A DNA stretch of 64,000 nt from Auanema rhodensis. Lineage: Eukaryota > Animalia > Nematoda. The DNA lies in assembly GCA_964057225.1 (NCBI GenBank), contig OZ059900.1, positions 16,554,001 to 16,618,000 on the forward strand. Direction: 5' to 3'. This document shows, in pieces, positions 1-11,900 of this stretch. The position numbers and the translations under genes are program-made. Every line of letters begins with the position of its first letter. Positions within the stretch are counted from its first letter, which is position 1. The notes beneath the pieces were generated by a model. The model saw only the letters and a list, made by a program, of their open reading frames with translations, searched no databases and was not told where the DNA came from.

Positions 1-529
1 CTGAAATTCGTTGCATTTGACGACTCATATGAACAAAAATCGATTTAATCAATATTAGCCATAAGGGGCGTGCCCTCAGAATATGCTAATTTCCTTAATT
101 TTCTAACCCCTGTTTTTTTAGTCGTGAAAGTGGAACTAGACGTTGTACGAACAATTTTGAGCTAGGTTTCATTGACATTGCATGAGTTTGAACACATGAA
201 ATCGTAAGTCAAAACCTTGTTTACAGCGAAATTTCCAAAAACTGGTTTTCCAGCATAATAAAATATTTCTCATGGGAAATACTGTGTTTTTGTATTTTTC
301 TAGTGTTCAGCATGTAAAATGCTTCATTTTAGTATGTAACACGCTGAAATTCGTTGCATTTGACGACTCATATGAACAAAAATCGATTTAATCAATATTA
401 GCCATAAGGGGCGTGCCCTCAGAATATGCTAATTTCCTTAATTTTCTAACCCCTGTTTTTTTGTCGTGAAAGTGGAACTAGACGTTGTACGAACAATTTT
501 GAGCTAGGTTTCATTGACATTGCATGAGT

Positions 530-3500
530 TTGAACACATGAAATCGTAAGTCAAAACCTTGTTTACAGCGAAATTTCCAAAAACTGGTTTTCCAGCATAA
601 TAAAATATTTCTCATGGGAAATACTGTGTTTTTGTATTTTTCTAGTGTTCAGCATGTAAAATGGTTCATTTTAGTATGTAACACGCTGAAATTCGTTGCA
701 TTTGACGACTCATATGAACAAAAATCGATTTAATCAATATTAGCCATAAAGGGCGTGCCCTCAGAATATGCTAATTTCCTTAATTTTCTAACCCCTGTTT
801 TTTTGTCGTGAAAGTGGAACTAGACGTTGTACGAACAATTTTGAGCTAGGTTTCATTGACATTGCATGAGTTTGAACACATGAAATCGTAAGTCAAAACC
901 TTGTTTACAGCGAAATTTCCAAAAACTGGTTTTCCAGCATAATAAAATATTTCTCATGGGAAATACTGTGTTTTTGTATTTTTCTAGTGTTCAGCATGTA
1001 AAATGCTTCATTTTAGTATGTAACACGCTGAAATTCGTTGCATTTGACGACTCATATGAACAAAAATCGATTTAATCAATATTAGCCATAAGGGGCGTGC
1101 CCTCAGAATATGCTAATTTCCTTAATTTTCTGACCCCTGTTTTTTTGTCGTGAAAGTGGAACTAGACGTTGTACGAACAATTTTGAGCTAGGTTTCATTG
1201 ACATTGCATGAGTTTGAACACATGAAATCGTAAGTCAAAACCTTGTTTACAGCGAAATTTCCAAAAACTGGTTTTCCAGCATAATAAAATATTTCTCATG
1301 GGAAATACTGTGTTTTTGTATTTTTCTAGTGTTCAGCATGTAAAATGCTTCATTTTAGTATGTAACACGCTGAAATTCGTTGCATTTGACGACTCATATG
1401 AACAAAAATCGATTTAATCAATATTAGCCATAAGGGGCGTGCCCTCAGAATATGCTAATTTCCTTAATTTTCTAACCCCTGTTTTTTTGTCGTGAAAGTG
1501 GAACTAGACGTTGTACGAACAATTTTGAGCTAGGTTTCATTGACATTGCATGAGTTTGAACACATGAAATCGTAAGTCAAAACCTTGTTTACAGCGAAAT
1601 TTCCAAAAACTGGTTTTCCAGCATAATAAAATATTTCTCATGGGAAATACTGTGTTTTTGTATTTTTCTAGTGTTCAGCATGTAAAATGCTTCATTTTAG
1701 TATGTAACACGCTGAAATTCGTTGCATTTGACGACTCATATGAACAAAAATCGATTTAATCAATATTAGCCATAAGGGGCGTGCCCTCAGAATATGCTAA
1801 TTTCCTTAATTTTCTAACCCCTGTTTTTTTGTCGTGAAAGTGGAACTAGACGTTGTACGAACAATTTTGAGCTAGGTTTCATTGACATTGCATGAGTTTG
1901 AACACATGAAATCGTAAGTCAAAACCTTGTTTACAGCGAAATTTCCAAAAACTGGTTTTCCAGCATAATAAAATATTTCTCATGGGAAATACTGTGTTTT
2001 TGTATTTTTCTAGTGTTCAGCATGTAAAATGCTTCATTTTAGTATGTAACACGCTGAAATTCGTTGCATTTGACGACTCATATGAACAAAAATCGATTTA
2101 ATCAATATTAGCCATAAGGGGCGTGCCCTCAGAATATGCTAATTTCCTTAATTTTCTAACCCCTGTTTTTTTGTCGTGAAAGTGGAACTAGACGTTGTAC
2201 GAACAATTTTGAGCTAGGTTTCATTGACATTGCATGAGTTTGAACACATGAAATCGTAAGTCAAAACCTTGTTTACAGCGAAATTTCCAAAAACTGGTTT
2301 TCCAGCATAATAAAATATTTCTCATGGGAAATACTGTGTTTTTGTATTTTTCTAGTGTTCAGCATGTAAAATGCTTCATTTTAGTATGTAACACGCTGAA
2401 ATTCGTTGCATTTGACGACTCATATGAACAAAAATCGATTTAATCAATATTAGCCATAAGGGGCGTGCCCTCAGAATATGCTAACTTCCTTAATTTTCTA
2501 ACCCCTGTTTTTTTGACGTGAAAGTGGAACTAGACGTTGTACGAACAATTTTGAGCTAGGTTTCATTGACATTGCATGAGTTTGAACACATGAAATCGTA
2601 AGTCAAAACCTTGTTTACAGCGAAATTTCCAAAAACTGGTTTTCCAGCATAATAAAATATTTCTCATGGGAAATACTGTGTTTTTGTATTTTTCTAGTGT
2701 TCAGCATGTAAAATGCTTCATTTTAGTATGTAACACGCTGAAATTCGTTGCATTTGACGACTCATATGAACAAAAATCGATTTAATCAATATTAGCTATA
2801 AGGGGCGTGCCCTCAGAATATGCTAATTTCCTTAATTTTCTAACCCCTGTTTTTTTGTCGTGAAAGTGGAACTAGACGTTGTACGAACAATTTTGAGCTA
2901 AGTTTCATTGACATTGCATGAGTTTGAACACATGAAATCGTAAGTCAAATCCTTGTTTACAGCGAAATTTCCAAAAACTGGTTTTCCAGCATAATAAAAT
3001 ATTTCTCATGGGAAATACTGTGTTTTTGTTTTTTTCTAGTGTTCAGCATGTAAAATGCTTCATTTTGGTATGTAACACGCTGGAATTCGTTGCATTTGAC
3101 GACTCATATGAACAAAAATCGATTTAATCAATATTAGCCATAAGGGGCGTGCCCTCAGAATATGCTAATTTCCTTAATTTTCTAACCCCTGTTTTTTTGT
3201 CGTGAAAGTGGAACTAGACGTTGTACGAACAATTTTGAGCTAGGTTTCATTGACATTGCATGAGTTTGAACACATGAAATCGTAAGTCAAAACCTTGTTT
3301 ACAGCGAAATTTCCAAAAACTGGTTTTCCAGCATAATAAAATATTTCTCATGGGAAATACTGTGTTTTTGTATTTTTCTAGTGTTCAGCATGTAAAATGC
3401 TTCATTTTAGTATGTAACACGCTGAAATTCGTTGCATTTGACGACTCATATGAACAAAAATCGATTTAATCAATATTAGCCATAAGGGGCGTGCCCTTAG

Positions 3501-6500
3501 AATATGCTAATTTCCTTAATTTTCTAACCCCTGTTTTTTTGTCGTGAAAGTGGAACTAGGCGTTGTACGAACAATTTTGAGCTAGGTTTCATTGACATTG
3601 CATGAGTTTGAACACATGAAATCGTAAGTGAAAACCTTGTTTACAGCGAAATTTCCAAAAACTGGTTTTCCAGCATAATAAAATATTTCTCATGGGAAAT
3701 ACTGTGTTTTTGTATTTTTCTAGTGTTCAGCATGTAAAATGCTTCATTTTGGTATGTAACACGCTGAAATTCGTTGCATTTGACGACTCATATGAACAAA
3801 AATCGATTTAATCAATATTAGCCATAAGGGGCGTGCCCTCAGAATATGCTAATTTCCTTAATTTTCTAACCCCTGTTTTTTTGTCGTGAAAGTGGAACTA
3901 GACGTTGTACGAACAATTTTGAGCTAGGTTTCATTGACATTGCATGAGTTTGAACACATGAAATCGTAAGTCAAAACCTTGTTTACAGCGAAATTTCCAA
4001 AAACTGGTTTTCCAGCATAATAAAATATTTCTCATGGGAAATACTGTGTTTTTGTATTTTTCTAGTGTTCAGCATGTAAAATGCTTCATTTTAGTATGTA
4101 ACACGCTGAAATTCGTTGCATTTGACGACTCATATGAACAAAAATCGATTTAATCAATATTAGCCATAAGGGGCGTGCCCTCAGAATATGCTAATTTCCT
4201 TAATTTTCTAACCCCTGTTTTTTTGTCGTGAAAGTGGAACTAGACGTTGTACGAACAATTTTGAGCTAGGTTTCATTGACATTGCATGTGTTTGAACACA
4301 TGAAATCGTAAGTCAAAACCTTGTTTACAGCGAAATTTCCAAAAACTGGTTTTCCAGCATAATAAAATATTTCTCATGGGAAATACTGTGTTTTTGTATT
4401 TTTCTAGTGTTCAGCATGTAAAATGGTTCATTTTAGTATGTAACACGCTGAAATTCGTTGCATTTGACGACTCATATGAACAAAAATCGATTTAATCAAT
4501 ATTAGCCATAAAGGGCGTGCCCTCAGAATATGCTAATTTCCTTAATTTTCTAACCCCTGTTTTTTTGTCGTGAAAGTGGAACTAGACGTTGTACGAACAA
4601 TTTTGAGCTAGGTTTCATTGACATTGCATGAGTTTGAACACATGAAATCGTAAGTCAAAACCTTGTTTACAGCGAAATTTCCAAAAACTGGTTTTCCAGC
4701 ATAATAAAATATTTCTCATGGGAAATACTGTGTTTTTGTATTTTTCTAGTGTTCAGCATGTAAAATGCTTCATTTTAGTATGTAACACGCTGAAATTCGT
4801 TGCATTTGACGACTCATATGAACAAAAATCGATTTAATCAATATTAGCCATAAGGGGCGTGCCCTCAGAATATGCTAATTTCCTTAATTTTCTGACCCCT
4901 GTTTTTTTGTCGTGAAAGTGGAACTAGACGTTGTACGAACAATTTTGAGCTAGGTTTCATTGACATTGCATGAGTTTGAACACATGAAATCGTAAGTCAA
5001 AACCTTGTTTACAGCGAAATTTCCAAAAACTGGTTTTCCAGCATAATAAAATATTTCTCATGGGAAATACTGTGTTTTTGTATTTTTCTAGTGTTCAGCA
5101 TGTAAAATGCTTCATTTTAGTATGTAACACGCTGAAATTCGTTGCATTTGACGACTCATATGAACAAAAATCGATTTAATCAATATTAGCCATAAGGGGC
5201 GTGCCCTCAGAATATGCTAATTTCCTTAATTTTCTAACCCCTGTTTTTTTGTCGTGAAAGTGGAACTAGACGTTGTACGAACAATTTTGAGCTAGGTTTC
5301 ATTGACATTGCATGAGTTTGAACACATGAAATCGTAAGTCAAAACCTTGTTTACAGCGAAATTTCCAAAAACTGGTTTTCCAGCATAATAAAATATTTCT
5401 CATGGGAAATACTGTGTTTTTGTATTTTTCTAGTGTTCAGCATGTAAAATGCTTCATTTTAGTATGTAACACGCTGAAATTCGTTGCATTTGACGACTCA
5501 TATGAACAAAAATCGATTTAATCAATATTAGCCATAAGGGGCGTGCCCTCAGAATATGCTAATTTCCTTAATTTTCTAACCCCTGTTTTTTTGTCGTGAA
5601 AGTGGAACTAGACGTTGTACGAACAATTTTGAGCTAGGTTTCATTGACATTGCATGAGTTTGAACACATGAAATCGTAAGTCAAAACCTTGTTTACAGCG
5701 AAATTTCCAAAAACTGGTTTTCCAGCATAATAAAATATTTCTCATGGGAAATACTGTGTTTTTGTATTTTTCTAGTGTTCAGCATGTAAAATGCTTCATT
5801 TTAGTATGTAACACGCTGAAATTCGTTGCATTTGACGACTCATATGAACAAAAATCGATTTAATCAATATTAGCCATTAGGGGCGTGCCCTCAGAATATG
5901 CTAATTTCCTTAATTTTCTAACCCCTGTTTTTTTGTCGTGAAAGTGGAACTAGACGTTGTACGAACAATTTTGAGCTAGGTTTCATTGACATTGCATGAG
6001 TTTGAACACATGAAATCGTAAGTCAAAACCTTGTTTACAGCGAAATTTCCAAAAACTGGTTTTCCAGCATAATAAAATATTTCTCATGGGAAATACTGTG
6101 TTTTTGTATTTTTCTAGTGTTCAGCATGTAAAATGCTTCATTTTAGTATGTAACACGCTGAAATTCGTTGCATTTGACGACTCATATGAACAAAAATCGA
6201 TTTAATCAATATTAGCCATAAGGGGCGTGCCCTCAGAATATGCTAACTTCCTTAATTTTCTAACCCCTGTTTTTTTGACGTGAAAGTGGAACTAGACGTT
6301 GTACGAACAATTTTGAGCTAGGTTTCATTGACATTGCATGAGTTTGAACACATGAAATCGTAAGTCAAAACCTTGTTTACAGCGAAATTTCCAAAAACTG
6401 GTTTTCCAGCATAATAAAATATTTCTCATGGGAAATACTGTGTTTTTGTATTTTTCTAGTGTTCAGCATGTAAAATGCTTCATTTTAGTATGTAACACGC

Positions 6501-8000
6501 TGAAATTCGTTGCATTTGACGACTCATATGAACAAAAATCGATTTAATCAATATTAGCTATAAGGGGCGTGCCCTCAGAATATGCTAATTTCCTTAATTT
6601 TCTAACCCCTGTTTTTTTGTCGTGAAAGTGGAACTAGACGTTGTACGAACAATTTTGAGCTAAGTTTCATTGACATTGCATGAGTTTGAACACATGAAAT
6701 CGTAAGTCAAATCCTTGTTTACAGCGAAATTTCCAAAAACTGGTTTTCCAGCATAATAAAATATTTCTCATGGGAAATACTGTGTTTTTGTTTTTTTCTA
6801 GTGTTCAGCATGTAAAATGCTTCATTTTGGTATGTAACACGCTGGAATTCGTTGCATTTGACGACTCATATGAACAAAAATCGATTTAATCAATATTAGC
6901 CATAAGGGGCGTGCCCTCAGAATATGCTAATTTCCTTAATTTTCTAACCCCTGTTTTTTTGTCGTGAAAGTGGAACTAGACGTTGTACGAACAATTTTGA
7001 GCTAGGTTTCATTGACATTGCATGAGTTTGAACACATGAAATCGTAAGTCAAAACCTTGTTTACAGCGAAATTTCCAAAAACTGGTTTTCCAGCATAATA
7101 AAATATTTCTCATGGGAAATACTGTGTTTTTGTATTTTTCTAGTGTTCAGCATGTAAAATGCTTCATTTTAGTATGTAACACGCTGAAATTCGTTGCATT
7201 TGACGACTCATATGAACAAAAATCGATTTAATCAATATTAGCCATAAGGGGCGTGCCCTTAGAATATGCTAATTTCCTTAATTTTCTAACCCCTGTTTTT
7301 TTGTCGTGAAAGTGGAACTAGGCGTTGTACGAACAATTTTGAGCTAGGTTTCATTGACATTGCATGAGTTTGAACACATGAAATCGTAAGTGAAAACCTT
7401 GTTTACAGCGAAATTTCCAAAAACTGGTTTTCCAGCATAATAAAATATTTCTCATGGGAAATACTGTGTTTTTGTATTTTTCTAGTGTTCAGCATGTAAA
7501 ATGCTTCATTTTGGTATGTAACACGCTGAAATTCGTTGCATTTGACGACTCATATGAACAAAAATCGATTTAATCAATATTAGCCATAAGGGGCGTGCCC
7601 TCAGAATATGCTAATTTCCTTAATTTTCTAACCCCTGTTTTTTTGTCGTGAAAGTGGAACTAGACGTTGTACGAACAATTTTGAGCTAGGTTTCATTGAC
7701 ATTGCATGAGTTTGAACACATGAAATCGTAAGTCAAAACCTTGTTTACAGCGAAATTTCCAAAAACTGGTTTTCCAGCATAATAAAATATTTCTCATGGG
7801 AAATACTGTGTTTTTGTATTTTTCTAGTGTTCAGCATGTAAAATGCTTCATTTTAGTATGTAACACGCTGAAATTCGTTGCATTTGACGACTCATATGAA
7901 CAAAAATCGATTTAATCAATATTAGCCATAAGGGGCGTGCCCTCAGAATATGCTAATTTCCTTAATTTTCTAACCCCTGTTTTTTTGTCGTGAAAGTGGA
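530..8000 (+). repeat. SatA 11-monomer (3762-bp) tandem duplication / higher-order repeat; ends approximate
   Basis: Variants recur at +3762 (11x342): ATGGTT 661/4423, ATTAGCTATA 2791/6553, and likewise TGACCCC, CTAACTTC, TTGACGTG, CCCTTAG and CTAGGCG. Confidence 0.92.
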
Positions 8001-8872
8001 ACTAGGCGTTGTACGAACAATTTTGAGCTAGGTTTCATTGACATTGCATGAGTTTGAACACATGAAATCGTAAGTGAAAACCTTGTTTACAGCGAAATTT
8101 CCAAAAACTGGTTTTCCAGCATAATAAAATATTTCTCATGGGAAATACTGTGTTTTTGTATTTTTCTAGTGTTCAGCATGTAAAATGCTTCATTTTAGTA
8201 TGTAACACGCTGAAATTCGTTGCATTTGACGACTCATATGAACAAAAATCGATTTAATCAATATTAGCCATAAGGGGCGTGCCCTCAGAATATGCTAACT
8301 TCCTTAATTTTCTAACCCCTGTTTTTTTGTCGTGAAAGTGGAACTAGACGTTGTACGAACAATTTTGAGCTAGGTTTCATTGACATTGCATGAGTTTGAA
8401 CACATGAAATCGTAAGTCAAAACCTTGTTTACAGCGAAATTTCCAAAAACTGGTTTTCCAGCATAATAAAATATTTCTCATGGGAAATACTGTGTTTTTG
8501 TATTTTTCTAGTGTTCAGCATGTAAAATGCTTCATTTTAGTATGTAACACGCTGAAATTCGTTGCATTTGACGACTCATATGAACAAAAATCGATTTAAT
8601 CAATATTAGCTATAAGGGGCGTGCCCTCAGAATATGCTAATTTCCTTAATTTTCTAACCCCTGTTTTTTTGTCGTGAAAGTGGAACTAGACGTTGTACGA
8701 ACAATTTTGAGCTAAGTTTCATTGACATTGCATGAGTTTGAACACATGAAATCGTAAGTCAAATCCTTGTTTACAGCGAAATTTCCAAAAACTGGTTTTC
8801 CAGCATAATAAAATATTTCTCATGGGAAATACTGTGTTTTTGTTTTTTTCTAGTGTTCAGCATGTAAAATGC

Positions 8873-8876
8873 TTCA
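8873..8876. other. SatA/SatB left junction, 4-bp microhomology TTCA
   Basis: SatA reads AAAATGCTTCA|TTTT, SatB reads AAACTTTCA|GAGCC, and the junction reads AAAATGCTTCAGAGCC with no inserted bases. Confidence 0.9.
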
Positions 8877-8904
8877 GAGCCTGCACTGATAATATAATTG
8901 GAAA

Positions 8905-11900
8905 CAGGCAGTACGCAATACGCAAACATTTGAATGACAGCTTTATTACAATACGACTTAGTTTACTCAATTATATCAAGCTTCATGAACACGGACTGCT
9001 TGTGTAATATATAATAGCAATAATAGTTTCGTTTCTGTTTTTAATTAACTTTCCTGTACGCGAGTTATAATATTTAGAACGTGATTCCTTGATTATGAAA
9101 AACTTTCAGAGCCTGCACTGATAATATAATTGGAAACAGGCAGTACGCAATACGCAAACATTTGAATGACAGCTTTATTACAATACGACTTAGTTTACTC
9201 AATTATATCAAGCTTCATGAACACGGACTGCTTGTGTAATATATAATAGCAATAATAGTTTCGTTTCTGTTTTTAATTAACTTTCCAGTACGCGAGTTAT
9301 AATATTTAGAACGTGATTCCTTGATTATGAAAAACTTTCAGAGCCTGCACTGATAATATAATTGGAAACAGGCAGTACGCAATACGCAAACATTTGAATG
9401 ACAGCTTTATTACAATACGACTTAGTTTACTCAATCATACCAATCTTCATGAACACGGACTGTTTGTGTAATAGATAATAGCAATAATAGTTTCGTTTCT
9501 GTTTTTAATTAACTTTCCTGTACGCGAGTTATAATATTTAGAACGTGATTCCTTGATTATGAAAAATTTTTAGAGCCTGCACTGATAATATAACTGGAAA
9601 CAGGCAGTACGCGATACGCAAATATTTGAATGACAGCTTTATTACAATACGACTTAGTTTACTCAATTATATCAAGCTTCATGAACACGGACTGCTTGTG
9701 TAATATATAATAGCAATAATAGTTTCGTTTCTGTTTTTAATTAACTTTCCTGTACGCGAGTTATAATATTTAGAACGTGATTCCTTGATTATGAAAAACT
9801 TTCAGAGCCTGCACTGATAATATAATTGGACACAGGCAGTACGCAATACGCAAACATTTGAATGACAGCTTTATTACAATACGACTTAGTTTACTCAATT
9901 ATATCAAGCTTCATGAACACGGACTGCTTGTGTAATATATAATAGCAATAATAGTTTCGTTTCTGTTTTTAATTAACTTTCCTGTACGCGAGTTATAATA
10001 TTTAGAACGTGATTCCTTGATTATGAAAAACTTTCAGAGCCTGCACTGATAATATAATTGGAAACAGGCAGTACGCAATACGCAAACATTTGAATGACAG
10101 CTTTATTACAATACGACTTAGTTTACTCAATTATATCAAGCTTCATGAACACGGACTGCTTGTGTAATATATAATAGCAATAATAGTTTCGTTTCTGTTT
10201 TTAATTAACTTTCCTGTACGCGAGTTATAATATTTAGAACGTGATTCCTTGATTATGAAAAATTTTTAGAGCCTGCACTGATAATATAACTGGAAACAGG
10301 CAGTACGCGATACGCAAATATTTGAATGACAGCTTTACTACAATACGACTTAGTTTACTCAATTATATCAAGCTTCATGAACACGGACTGCTTGTGTAAT
10401 ATATAATAGCAATAATAGTTTCGTTTCTGTTTTTAATTAACTTTCCTGTACGCGAGTTATAATATTTAGAACGTGATTCCTTGATTATGAAAAACTTTCA
10501 GAGCCTGCACTGATAATATAATTGGAAACAGGCAGTACGCAATACGCAAACATTTGAATGACAGCTTTAATACAATACGACTTAGCTTACTCAATCATAT
10601 CAAGCTTCATGAACAGGGACTGTTTGTGTAATAGATGATAGCAATGATAGTTTCGTTTCTTTTTTTAATTAACTTTCCAGTACGCGAGTTATCATATTTA
10701 GAACGCGATTGCTTCATAATGAAAAATGTTTAGAGCCTGCACTGATAATATAACTGGCAACAGGCAATACGCAAACATTTGAATGACAGCTTTATTACAA
10801 TACGACTTAGTTTACTCAATCATACCAATCTTCATGAACACGGACTGTTTGTGTAATAGATAATAGCAATAATAGTTTCGTTTCTGTTTTTAATTAACTT
10901 TCCTGTACGCGAGTTATAATATTTAGAACGTGATTCCTTGATTATGAAAAATTTTTAGAGCCTGCACTGATAATATAACTGGAAACAGGCAGTACGCGAT
11001 ACGCAAATATTTGAATGACAGCTTTATTACAATACGACTTAGTTTACTCAATTATATCAAGCTTCATGAACACGGACTGCTTGTGTAATATATAATAGCA
11101 ATAATAGTTTCGTTTCTGTTTTTAATTAACTTTCCTGTACGCGAGTTATAATATTTAGAACGTGATTCCTTGATTATGAAAAACTTTCAGAGCCTGCACT
11201 GATAATATAATTGGAAACAGGCAGTACGCAATACGCAAACATTTGAATGACAGCTTTATTACAATACGACTTAGTTTACTCAATTATATCAAGCTTCATG
11301 AACACGGACTGCTTGTGTAATATATAATAGCAATAATAGTTTCGTTTCTGTTTTTAATTAACTTTCCAGTACGCGAGTTATAATATTTAGAACGTGATTC
11401 CTTGATTATGAAAAACTTTCAGAGCCTGCACTGATAATATAATTGGAAACAGGCAGTACGCAATACGCAAACATTTGAATGACAGCTTTATTACAATACG
11501 ACTTAGTTTACTCAATCATACCAATCTTCATGAACACGGACTGTTTGTGTAATAGATAATAGCAATAATAGTTTCGTTTCTGTTTTTAATTAACTTTCCT
11601 GTACGCGAGTTATAATATTTAGAACGTGATTCCTTGATTATGAAAAATTTTTAGAGCCTGCACTGATAATATAACTGGAAACAGGCAGTACGCGATACGC
11701 AAATATTTGAATGACAGCTTTATTACAATACGACTTAGTTTACTCAATTATATCAAGCTTCATGAACACGGACTGCTTGTGTAATATATAATAGCAATAA
11801 TAGTTTCGTTTCTGTTTTTAATTAACTTTCCTGTACGCGAGTTATAATATTTAGAACGTGATTCCTTGATTATGAAAAACTTTCAGAGCCTGCACTGATA

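Larger units (their letters stand above)
1..8876 (+). repeat. Satellite array SatA, 342-bp monomer, about 26 head-to-tail copies (open at the left window edge)
   Basis: CTGAAATTCGTTGC recurs at 1, 344, 686 ... 8552. The period is 342 bp; the first copy is 343 bp because of one extra A at 120. Monomers differ only by scattered substitutions. AT-rich with many A/T tracts. Confidence 0.98.

Noticed and set aside
349-365. CENP-B-box-like motif ATTCGTTGCATTTGACG in SatA
   Set aside because: It has TTCG and the spaced A but lacks the CGGG of NTTCGNNNNANNCGGGN; only about 6 of 9 core bases match.
8822-9007. 61-aa plus-strand ORF
   Set aside because: It is a chance chimera read across the SatA/SatB junction, with no promoter context or recognisable product.
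8873-9104. Common ancestry of SatA and SatB (shared CATTTGA, CGACT, GCTTCAT, TGAACAC, CTGTTTTT)
   Set aside because: The matches are only 5-8 bp in AT-rich sequence and I could not build an extended alignment; a shuffle-controlled alignment would be needed.
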